Source: Vitrella brassicaformis CCMP3155 (Eukaryota; Protista; Chromerida). Taken from it: 64,000 nucleotides of DNA. The stretch lies in contig CDMY01000382.1 of the NCBI GenBank assembly GCA_001179505.1, positions 27,524-91,523 on the forward strand, given 5' to 3'. How positions within the stretch are numbered: position 1 is the stretch's first letter; the number at the start of each line of letters is the position of its first letter. The position numbers were made by a program, and so were the translations under genes. Under the pieces are notes generated by a model. The model saw nothing but the letters and a program-made list of their open reading frames with translations, ran no database searches and was not told the origin of the DNA. Shown one piece after another: positions 50,534 through 61,232 of this stretch.

Positions 50534-51556
50534 ATGCCCTATGTTGCCTTCCAAGGCGCCCCATCCCCCAGCCAGAGGTGAGCCACAACTGAGCAATGCA
50601 TGAGCCCGCGAGGAGAATTCTCCTTAGTCCTTTCCTGTGTTGTGTCTCTTCTGCCCTTTTCCCAATGTGTCGATCTGTTGTGCGCAGGAGAGGGTCCCCT
50701 GATCAACACACGGCGACGGAGGCGGACCAGCTGGCCGCGGACACATGGTTGTGCGTTGCAAGCGGAGAAGACATTCTGGATGTCGTCCGGCCGGCTGTCG
50801 ACGTCGCCAATGAGGTCGACACATGCAATCGATTGCCAGTGCAACATTGCAACAGTTTGTCTCTCGCTGGTTGCAGGAGTATTTGAGGCAGAAGCGTCGG
50901 TGGCAGAGCTTGATGGGGCTCATTGGTCAGCTGGTCGCTGAGATACAGCGTCGTCACGCATTGGCGAGAGACGCTGCAATGCGTGCTCGTGCGCCGAGGA
51001 CGCAGTGGGGTCCACGCCCCGGGCCCGCTCTCAAGCCTGACGTCAAGATGCCGCCACCATATGGATACAAGCGGGAGAAGATATCGCAGGAGAAGGGATG
51101 GTTCGGCGGGCTTTGCTCATGCACCAATCCGATGCATTTGGAAGGTGAAGATGTCGAGTTCTGGGTGCCACAGGACCCCCTGCCGCAGGTGGGGTGGGCT
51201 CACACGCCAAGTGCCTTCATGCCATCGATGGATGTGTGCAGGCTCATTTGTGTGACTTGTCTTGGCCTGCCTGTTGTGTCTCTGTTCAGTGGGATCGCCT
51301 GTCGGCTGCCATCCGCTATGCACACGGGGAGGACAGGGCCCGCTACTGGGAGCCCGAGCGCACCGGCATCTACTCAACGTGCGTCTACCCTGCCCCGCCC
51401 CAACACTGCCGTGGTTCAAGCATCGATGCGGTGATTGAGGAACGGGGACCGATGGGCTTCATGGAGTCGGTGTACGTCAGCAACGCTGTGGCAGCGTATC
51501 TCGCTCACATCCAGGGGCCGGACACCGAGGAGGGTGCAAGTGAGGGCGGCGAGTGA
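50534..51556 (+). CDS. Hypothetical protein, possibly PhIL1-like pellicle protein, multi-exon
   Basis: Four exons join in frame (MPYVAF...EEYLRQKRRW...WVPQDPLPQ|WDRLS...RGPMGFMESVYVSNAVAAYLAHI) with coding-like composition. Family assignment is tentative. Confidence 0.6.
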
Positions 51557-51601
51557 GGGGAACGAGACGACTGGTGGAGAGGAGATGGTGTGAGGATGGA
51601 G

Positions 51602-53680
51602 CTAACGGATCAGGCAAGAGACTGGGGAAGGGCGACGAGCTGATTCATTCATAGGCTGTCTGGGGTAAAATGAGTGGGTTGTGAGTGTGCCTTGGTTGAT
51701 CCGCTTTTGTGATGCTGTGCGTGTAAGCCGTCTTTCTCGTCTCTTGTCCTCAAGCAGCTGCTGGCTCTCCACTTTGTGCGTGACATTCATTCCCGGACAT
51801 ACTTACATGTGTCCGGTCTCTCTAATCGTGCGTTGAACGACCTAATTAAACCTGTTGCAACAACGCAATGATGTGCGGCTTTGTGATGGACCGGCCACCC
51901 GCCCCACAGCTCGGTCCTGGGCATGGACATCGCTCTTATTACTGATGATAGATCGTCTATATCAGTTGACGGATGTCTCAACACACTCATAGAGACACAG
52001 AGACATGTATATTACAGGGGCGTAGAAAGGGAAAACACACAGACCGGCATGATATAAAATGTAGACAGCCATCGAAGCCGCCTCCGCTTCCATCTCAGAA
52101 GCTATTGTGGCGCGCAGCTTTGTTGGCTGCTATGGCGATGGCCTGATCGGTCTCGTCGGCAGCCGGAGATATGCCCTCACAGATGAGCTGCTTGGTGTCG
52201 GGGGGAAGGCGCCAGACCTCAAATTGACGGAGGCCGACGAGCCACACGTGCCTTCTGTCTTGTTGGTGAGGGATGCGAGAGAGGCGGTTGCCATAGCCGC
52301 TGATCGGGTGAGGGGCGCTTCGAGTAGCTGCTTGGTCTTGGTATCATCGAGCTCCCCAGCTGCTGCGGCCGCTGGATCGATCTCTTCATTCTCCACCCGC
52401 TTGGCAAGCACTACGGCTGCAGTTGGACAAGATGGCCGTCTGCAGACACAGACAGGGCAAACAGGCAGATGAACGGATAGAGACATCAATACGTGTCTCA
52501 GGGTGAGATCTAGAACATGGTGTTGCCTACACGATGTCATCAATCAGCCGATCTATCAGAATCGCCTGCAACACGCAAAGAACACCTGGTGCTTTTGGTG
52601 TCGCTTCCGCGGGAAACATAATACCTTTCGGCTGCTCTCTCTCTGTGGTTTTATCCACACTGGGACCCCCCTCGCCCTGCACCTCTGCTCGAGGTCCGGC
52701 TGAGGCAGCGGTGAGCCTCCTCCACCCCTCTCAGTCAGGCCCGCCATCTGCTGCATGAGCTGTGTTGGGGGCAGACGGGTGTAGACGGCCTCTGCTGCTG
52801 CTGCTGGGTGGTGGCTTGGGGAGGGGAGGGAGGGCCCGGAGGGGGGAATGGGCGAGGCGTCAGAGGCGGATGCAGGTGCGATGGCGGCAAGAGGGGTCGA
52901 GTCATCATGTGAGGGTCCAGGATGGGACGGCATGACGGGGAATGTGCCCACAAACTGACACACATCGACAGAAAGAGCACATGAGAGGTGATTCCACTGT
53001 CTGAAACGAAAGAATTCTGCCTGCTGTGTTCCGTTGCGCACCTCCCGGTCTTCATCTTGCTCGTCGGTCCTGATTGCTGGCGCAGGTGCTGGCACTGGGT
53101 GCTGAATTCCATTGCGGCTGCGGTGCATCATGTGCTGGGCGGCGTCTGCTTTATTCGGGCCCGCATTGTCGTCACTTTCGTGGCATTGAAAGCGCCTGGA
53201 CGGCTCCTCAGCGTGGTTCTTCATCTTGTTGCCACTTTGCTTTGTATAGCCGAAACCAACCAGCACATACGGTAAAGGTGCGCCCCGGGGACAGCTCAAT
53301 GGTGTGGGGGAGGCCCGCAGGGAGGTGTGGGATGGTGGCCGGTGTGTGTGCAGGCGGCGCTGGCGAGTCTTGGCAGCTGGGGAGGGAGTGTGAGTGCCGT
53401 GGCGACTCCTCTCCTGCCGATGTCGCCTCCTGGCTGGGTGACCCAACCACTCGGTGGAAAGGCGACTGGAGGAAGGAAATGACCACATACACACACACGC
53501 TCACACAGAGGGATTCACTCGTCATCTCCCTCCCTCCCTCCCTCCGTTTGTGTGTGTGCGGTGCGTGCGCCTGGCTGGCTGGCTGGCTGGCTGAAGGTTC
53601 GGGCGTACCTCCGTGGGAGTGTCCTTGCAGGCGGGCATGAGGGACTCCTTCTCCACAAAAGCGACGGTGCTGCCCTCCAT
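51602..53680 (-). CDS. Hypothetical low-complexity (Pro/Ser/Ala-rich) protein, exon structure uncertain
   Basis: Candidate exons MEGSTVAFVEKESLMPACKDTPTE|SPFHRVV..., ...QSGNKMKNHAEEP..., ...LAKRVENEEIDP..., flanked by GT/GC-AG sites and TG-rich introns; no recognisable domain. Confidence 0.4.
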
Positions 53681-53870
53681 ACTCCCCACCCCGCCCGTCC
53701 TCGTCAGCACCCTCCTGTGTGCTGCCGCTCACCCCCCTCCGGCTGGCTTACTGCACAGCACTGGCTGGCCGTCATACTCGTCCACTGCAGATAAGGCAAT
53801 GGTCTTGCCCTCCCTCTCCTCCTCAGCACTGAGGGCCTCCTTCTCCCTCTCCCCCTCCCGAGAACGATAA

Positions 53871-53910
53871 GAGCCCCAGCCAAAGAACTTGAGCCCCAGC
53901 CAAAGAACTT
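53871..53910 (+). repeat. Perfect 20-bp tandem duplication (2 copies)
   Basis: gagccccagccaaagaactt x2 in a divergent-promoter interval. Confidence 0.85.
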
Positions 53911-54283
53911 CCCACGACTCGGAGAGAGAGAAACCCGAAGAAATCCCAACGAGACTCAGACATAGTCCCCTGCTGGCTCTTGCCGGTGGCGCTCGCGCCG
54001 ACCTCCCGCCGCTGTGCCGTTGTCGAGCGCTCGTGTGGCCATGCGTGTCGTGTGGATGGCGGGATGGGTACTAGTCCGGCCAGGGCTGCTCCTTTTCAGT
54101 GCGCTCCGGGCAGGAAATGTGCTGCATCAGTGCCGCAGATGGCGCGGCCACGTGCAGCGGCTGGGTGGCAGCTTGCCTATAAGGTGGTTGTTTGACGTTC
54201 ATATCCCGTCTCCTGACGAGAATTCTCGACGAGAATTCTCACCCCAAAAGGTCAACACCTGAACCACCACGCACGAGCACACA

Positions 54284-57200
54284 ATGCCGTTGGTGCCGAG
54301 GAAGGAAGGAAGTGAAGTGAAGTGAATGAAGTGCCAGTGGATCGCCCGCCGGCTCGCAGGTCGTGGACACGGACAATCTTACCCTTAACCACGACCATTG
54401 TTTGCTTCTGGTGATGGAGAAGAGACCTAAGTTAGTAGTTATCGAAGGCCGCAAGGTTGTTCGGGTGTCGCTGCATCGCACCGTCACCGAATGCAGTCCT
54501 CCGAGGCAGAGGGGGCACGCTCTGCAATGCAGGCCTCGCTGTGTGCTATGCTGCTGCATGTTCTCGGGGGACGCTCGGGCTGCCGCGAGGAAGGACAGCG
54601 CAGCCAAGAAAACCCCACGGCTGCCAGGTGCGCACAGGAAGGAACAAAGACCACTGTGATTCGCCCCTTCCACGTTCGTTCGGTGTGCTGCAGATTCGCC
54701 TGTGTGGGACCTGAAGGCTGGTATTGGCGAGAGCATTGTAGTAGAGACCACCGAAGTGCCCTGGCGAATTTCTCACATGCTATTCGCTGTCGTCGTGCCC
54801 CAATCAGCCGCTGCCACCGGTGAGAAGCAGCCACTGACCGATTGCCTACTCAGTCCGACTGACATGTACCCTCTTCTGTCACATACATTAGCGGCTTCCC
54901 AATCAGACCTGCCCATCATTCTGCGCGTGTCTGAGGAGCCGCCCGCTCCCACTACAGCAGCAGCAGCAACAGCCAAGGACACCAAGAGGCAGCAGCAGGA
55001 CGGCCAGCGGAGGAACCGGCGCGTGGTGTACGAGAACACCGTGCCCTTCTCGCCGGCTAATTTTGGTCATGTGGGCGGGAGCGTGCTGGTGGTGGGGTGC
55101 CTTGCTCGGGAGGGGAGCCGGCAGTGGTCGTTCAGACCGCTCAAGATCAGCCTCACACACACGGGGGATGCAGAGCTGCCTGAGGCGCTGCAGGTGGGCA
55201 CCACGAGCACTCTCCCTGACTACACGATGGATGTATGGCTTTGCCTATGTATGCTATGCATTAATGTGTTTCAGTCGATTTTGAGGAAGCTCAAGTCTGG
55301 GGAGCTTCCCCTGTCGGCGTATGTTGGCTCGCCATCGCCGCGCAAGCACCTCGTGCCTGCGTCAGATCTTCGCGAGCGGATCGCCATTGCAGCGGCAGAC
55401 GAGCGGACGAGTGTGCGGGACTCGTTTCGACTCGCTCTCAAAGTCGACCCGGTGAGGCACACCTTCACAAATACACTCGTGGATTGCGAGCGCATGTGTG
55501 TGCGGTGTGGTGTGTCGTCAGGCGCATCTGACTCATAATACGCTGGAACGGGAGAATGAGGTACGCAGAAAGACCGCGTCAATCCATTGCACGTGTCATT
55601 GTCAATCGTGCCACTTGTGTGAGTTCAGTCCCTCCGCAAACACTTGAAGAGCTCTGAGAAGGTTCCAGACACACATGAAGAAACACCCAGCAAGCCTCAG
55701 GTCTAGTCTGCCGTCATCCTTGCCATTTCAGAGCCGTATTGCGTTGCATGACGAACTCCGCAAGACAATCGGGGACCTGGAGGTGACTCATGGATGACAC
55801 CGCCACGCACATGTGCTTCCATTTTGTCTTGTTTTGCGCTCCTTCTGCTTGGTCACAGCTGGCGCAGCAGGTGATGGAAGATCTGGAGAGCAAGATCCAG
55901 ACCATCGACCGCCGCCCACACCAGTCACAGGCCCCACCACCAACCCGCAAGTCGCCTACACCTCCACGCAGAACGCCGGCACGGCCAGGGGTGAGCTTAC
56001 CACCGCTTGCATTGCTCTTGACCGAATGCACTGCACTTTGGTGTGTGTGAAGGAGATTGCTGACCGTGAGCATCTGCACTCGTTGAGAGAGCAGATACGG
56101 GAGCTGGAGGGCAAGATGCGGCAGTACCACACGCGGCGGGAGAGAAGGACGGATAAGCGTGTCGAGGATGATGATGATGAGGTTGACGTTCCTCAGGGAG
56201 GCAGGAGATCGCCGCCGCAGCAGAGGGCAATACCGCGATCAGGTGAGCCGAAGATGAGGTGCTTCAATGGCCGTTGTCCACCGCCACCTGCAGCCCTTTG
56301 TGTCTCGTCTTCTTGCAGTTCCTCCCCGTCCTGTCCCCTCCCACCGTCCGCCAGCTTCTATGGGCCACCAGACACAGACAGCACACCACTTCTCCCTCAC
56401 CGCCCGTCTCAGGCCGTCCCCTCCGCTCTCGCCACCCTCCCACACACACCAGCAGCAGGAAACGATGCTCGCCGAGCTTAGGCGGGACTACGCCAGGCTG
56501 GCAGAGGAGAACTGTCGGCTGAAAGGGTGCCTGCAGAGGGCGTCGCAATCGACGCATAGGGGGCGGTCTGACGGCGTGCCCACGCCGATAGCCAACATGG
56601 ATGTGGGAGGAGCGGGGCGGCCGGCGGTATTCGATGAGATGGATACGGTGTTGGTGGTGCCTGCCAGGGTGGCGTCTCAGGAGAGGCGGGAGAGGGCGGC
56701 GGATGACGATCCCTCCGGTCCTGTATTTGCCTTCAAAAGGGACTATACGAGACTCGTCCAGAGGCATGAAGGGTACGTACCGTGGGTGTGCCACAATAGA
56801 ATACGACGAGGCGGGCAGAACTGATTGCATTGCTTGCACCCCTGTGTGTGTTGTTGCCTCTCCTTTCTTTCCTCTTTCAGTGTCCGTCAGAGCCCGCCGG
56901 CACGCCCCATCCACCCTGCAGCCAAGTGTCCCTTCATCCCCCTCACAGGCCGGTCGTCCGCTGGCCTGCCATCAGCACGTCGGCCCCCCTCTGCCCCTCC
57001 CGCAGCCACTACAGTGGCAGCCCCCATCTCGCAGCGGTTCGCGCGTCTCTCACCGCCACAGCAGGAGCGAGTCGTCAGCCCCATCTCATCCGTCGAGGCG
57101 ACTCGGCCCGTCACAGTGCAGCCGAAGATGTCGTTTGCCGCGTCAGCGACCGATGTGCCGATGATGCGGCCCGTCGCCCCCTGCTACCCTGCCATGGTAA

Positions 57201-57904
57201 CAGTCCAACCGTCATCTCCGCAGGACCCGAAGAGGGCTCCTTACACCCACCATGGGGCGATGGTGCGGCCCCCCTACCCCCAAAGGCCACCATCGCCCCC
57301 ATCCCCTCCGCCACCACCCAGCGACAAGCGAGCAGTTCCTGTGGAGACAGTCGCCCGCTGGCCAACGGAGTCTCGAGTGCTGCGTGACCCAACCTATCGA
57401 GCCTGGGAGGGTCCTCAGCCGAGCATCCCGCAGGAGATTCCACTGCCGGCATCCGTGCCACGGCCTCCCACGCCCCCCACTCGGCCGCAGATGTTTCCCG
57501 TCAGTGTGCCAATGGCCTATCCAGCTGTCGCCATGCGGCCGCCGCCATCTGGACCTTCGCTGCGTGTGCCAACTGCGGCATCAGCAGCATGGACGAGAGC
57601 ACCGACCGAGATCAGTGGGGAGAATGGGAGGCTGGTCCGGTCGGTTTCGCATCCACACCACCCCTTGCAGCACGACACACATATCAGCATGGCCCCAACG
57701 AGACCCTTGGCCTTGCCGTCTGGCCCTCAGCTGGTGCTGCCCGGCCCACCTCCTCCCCCTGTTCAATCGGTGCCTCTCACTAACCAGGCGTCTGTCGTAC
57801 CTGGCGAAGTGTTCCAAGGGGGTGATGGTGCTGTGGTGGTGCGTTATGAGTACAGGGAGAGAGTGTCGCCGCCACGAGGCATCCTGCCCGCTTATCGAAG
57901 ATGA
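54284..57904 (+). CDS. TerD-like domain protein with coiled-coil and Pro-rich C-terminus, multi-exon
   Basis: FSGDARAA, GESIVVETTEVPWRISHMLFAVVV, LPIILRVSE, VLVVGCLAREGSRQWSFRPL resemble the TerD pattern (HsGDnrtG, DdEqIkVdLskVP..V..ivF.V, gelyR.g.eWkF.Al); later exons are heptad-rich, then Pro-rich. Start codon tentative. Confidence 0.55.
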
Positions 57905-58441
57905 TGGGAGGGGGGAAGGGGGAGGGGCGTGGCGTGGGTGCATGTCTGTGTGTGACATGTTTGGGTGTGGATAGGAAGTGACAGACAGACAGACAGACAC
58001 CTTGGTTTGCGGTCAATGCGACTCATGACTGACATCTATTGATTGAAAGCATGATCGATATGTATGGGCCGCAGGCAGTGTCATGTCAATCAAAACTGAC
58101 GACGCATCGCTGGCTGGCTGGCTGCATCATGTGCACAAGAGAACCATCTTTCCCTGCAGTCCTGGCTTGACGCTGTCTGTCCTTGAGCTGATGCGCAGAA
58201 GGACGAATGCCGCCAAGTTGTACACCACATATCACGGCCGGCTGTCTCATATCCATTCTCAAGTAGCATACAGATACAAGTAAGAGGGCTCATCACATCC
58301 ATCCATCCAGAAAGTATCTATCGACTGACCGACGCTAAATAAAAGCAACAGCGTCCTACATGTCAGTCAGAGCCCAAACCACCCACCCGCACCCACGCAT
58401 CGATCGCATCCACCTACCCTACCCCACCCGCCCCATCATCA

Positions 58442-59253
58442 TCATATCCTTGAGACGGTGTCGATGATTTGCGGTTCTTCTTCCTCTTCCTCCTCCTCTT
58501 CCTCTTCTTCTTCCTCCTCCTATCACACACACACACACAAAACATGCGGATTTCTATCCAGCTGTCTGTCTGTCGCCTCGCTCATCCCTCGTGTCCGTCC
58601 GCTGAGCTCACCTCTGCCTCCTCCCCCTCGGGCAGCAGCTGGAACTCAAAGTCGTTGATGAACCTGGCGTACTCGGCCACCCCTTCGAGCTCAGCCAGCG
58701 TGTCCTCGAGGCTCATGGCCTTGAACTCCGCCAGCGGCTGGTCGGAAATCGACTTGGCCATGTCCTCGAAGTTCTCCATCCGCTTGTTGAGCTCGGGCAG
58801 CTGCTCGAGCACCGGGCTCTTCTCCACCTCTCGGTCGTCGGCCTCCTGCGCCCTGAACCAAATCTCCTTGTTGAGCACGTGGAACGGCGTGATGATGGCG
58901 ATGCACAAGGGCAGGAACTTGGCTGTGTCGTACTGCGCCTCAGCCAGCGGCTTGACCAGGTCGTCCAGAGGGCCGGGGAGGGTGTACCGCACCTCGGGGA
59001 AGAAGGCACCCGATGCATGGGCCATCTCGGGCATCAGCAAAGGGACAGCCGCGACAGACGCCGCCAGCAGGACCTTCTGCAGGTTGGTCAGGCCAGTGGC
59101 CGGCTGTGCCGCCATCTTGACTGTTGATCTGTGCCTGGATCTGAGGGCATTGGGAGCTCGGAGGGAGGGGGGAGTGAAGGCAGCGATAGATGCCAGCTCG
59201 CTAAGGGCCAGAAGGGCCACTAAGCAGATGGCTGCTGCTCTTACGTCCTTCAT
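58442..59253 (-). CDS. Nucleus-encoded thylakoid-targeted small membrane protein with acidic C-terminus (2 exons)
   Basis: Signal peptide ending ...ASIAA|F, Arg/Ser-rich transit peptide, then a hydrophobic thylakoid-transfer segment ending AHA, one hydrophobic helix (KFLPLCIAIITPFHVL), helical acidic tail; exon 2 is poly-Glu then PQIIDTVSRI*. Strong GC3 codon bias. Confidence 0.75.
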
Positions 59254-59295
59254 TTGCAGACAACGACCGCAGATCTCTGCGAGCTCAGAATGGTT

Positions 59296-59381
59296 TGAAC
59301 CCTAAACCCTGAACCCCGCGGGGAGGATGACGAGAGCAACAGACACACTCAAGATCTAACACACTCCGTTTAGGGGTTTAG
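59296..59381. promoter_or_regulatory. Telomere-repeat-like (telo-box-like) motifs in a bidirectional promoter
   Basis: tgaaccctaaaccctgaaccc at 59296-59316 and the oppositely oriented tttaggggtttag at 59369-59381, in the 129-bp gap between divergent ATGs. Confidence 0.45.
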
Positions 59382-59382
59382 C

Positions 59383-60811
59383 ATGGAGGAGACGTCTGCG
59401 GCGCTGCACCTGCATACAACTCCTGTCGTGCTCAAGGCGTCGCCCTCCCTCATCCACGGCAATCTCGTCGCCTCCCAGCGGCGCATCGCTTATGCGCATC
59501 AGTCGAAGGTGTGTTTCTACGCGGTGGACAGCGAGCGGTGTGTCGACGGGCCCACCACGTCCAAGATCATCAGCCTCCACTATGTGCACATCCGGAAGGC
59601 CGGGCCCAAGCCCATGCTCATCGTCAACATGGCCAACGGAACGCAGATGTGGAACCAAGACGGCACCAGGATGCTCTACTACCTGCCCGTGCAGCACCCG
59701 CAGACATCCGCCACATCCACGTCAGCAGCACAGAACGCGGCAGTGGACATCGGCAAGTGCCACAGAGGGGCGGCTGTGTGCGCCTTCCCGCAGGCAGACC
59801 ATGTGATCATCGGCTCATCTGCGGGCGAGCTGATCATCATCCGCACCGACGGCGATGCCTTCCATTCGTTGGCCACACGCAAGGTCGCCTCAGCATCGCC
59901 CGTTATGGTGGTGGCGTGCAGCGGTGAGGGCAGCGACCAGCATGTGATGAGCGGCCATGCCAACGGGGAGATTGTGTGGTGGCGGCCTGAGGCCAACGGC
60001 ATGTACATGCAGCTGCCGGGCGCATTGCAGCACGCACAGGACACCCCCACATGCATGAAGGTAAGGTGGGCAGGGAGGGAGGGAGGGAGGGACGGGGACA
60101 GAAATCGATGGATGGATGGATGGATGGATGGCAGGATGGAGGGGGGACATATAAGTGAAGTGTCTGTGTGTGTGTTGTTCAGGTGCTCGGCAACACGCTG
60201 TACTGCGGTTTCGGGACGGGTCACTTGCGTGTGTACGACGCGGTGCGGCGGGAGCTGAAGATCGAGATCGCCGCACACGGCCGCTGGATCAACGACATCG
60301 ACGTCAGACACGATGTAAACAGCGAGGGAGGGAGGGAGGGAGGGAGGGAGGGGGAGGTAGAGAGGCACCGTGATGATGAGAAGTCTTAAGTTTCAGTCCT
60401 ACACCACAAGGATGAGTGTGTGACGATAAACACGCGACCATACTCTCTGAACACGCAGAAGACATACAAAGACACCCAGGAAGGAACGTCCATGTAGCTA
60501 CGACTTCCGTCGACAATGTGTGTGGCCACATTTGTCTGTGTCATATACTGCTGCGTTTGTGTGTCCTACAGGGGTTGGTCGCATCAGTCGGCGAGGATAC
60601 GGTGCTGAATGTGTGGCGCTGCCCGTCGTGCGACAGCGAGGTGTCGCTGGCACACTCGGCCGTCGTGACGGAGAGCCTGCTGACGGGGGTGGCGTTCACA
60701 CAAAGGCGAGGTGATACTGCCGACGAGGGTGCTTTCGCTGTGTGTGTGGTGGCGTATGACAGCGAGGTGCTCTACTTCTTGTCCAACCGCCCATGGGACG
60801 TCAACATCTAG
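59383..60811 (+). CDS. WDR54: WD40-repeat protein, WDR54-like, multi-exon
   Basis: VLKASPSLIHGNL N-terminus, SGHANGEIVWW, YCGFGTGHLRVYD, AHGRWINDID, SVGEDTVLNVW, LLTGVAF. Confidence 0.65.
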
Positions 60812-61232
60812 CTAGCTTGGTCGCTTGCCTGGCTGGCTGCCTGGCCGATTGCGGGGAGAGGAGGGTGGGAGTGTCTATATTCATTATATCCGTCTCTATA
60901 TATAGATATCTGTGTCTTGTCTCGCCCTGTGTCTGTCCGCGTGTCTCTGTCCGCATGCCATGCCATGCGTGTGTTTATGTCCTCATGCATGGGATGCCAC
61001 ATCGATCATCCCATTTCTCTCTTCTGTACAGACGCATGACACACACATGGATACATGGATGGATGGACCTGCAATAGGCATCTTATGAACAGTTTGTCGC
61101 TCACTCACTCACTCGTCCAGCCAGTCAGTCCATCAACACCATCCATCACACACCAGCACGGCACAGCACAGCACAGCACAGCCAGCCAGTATCCATGCCT
61201 GGCTCATCTACGGCAGGGGCCCACCACACTAC

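Noticed and set aside
54216-54241. gacgagaattctc tandem with the palindrome gagaattctc (also near 50612)
   Set aside because: Does not fit the nGAAnnTTCn heat-shock element spacing; too few occurrences to call a motif.
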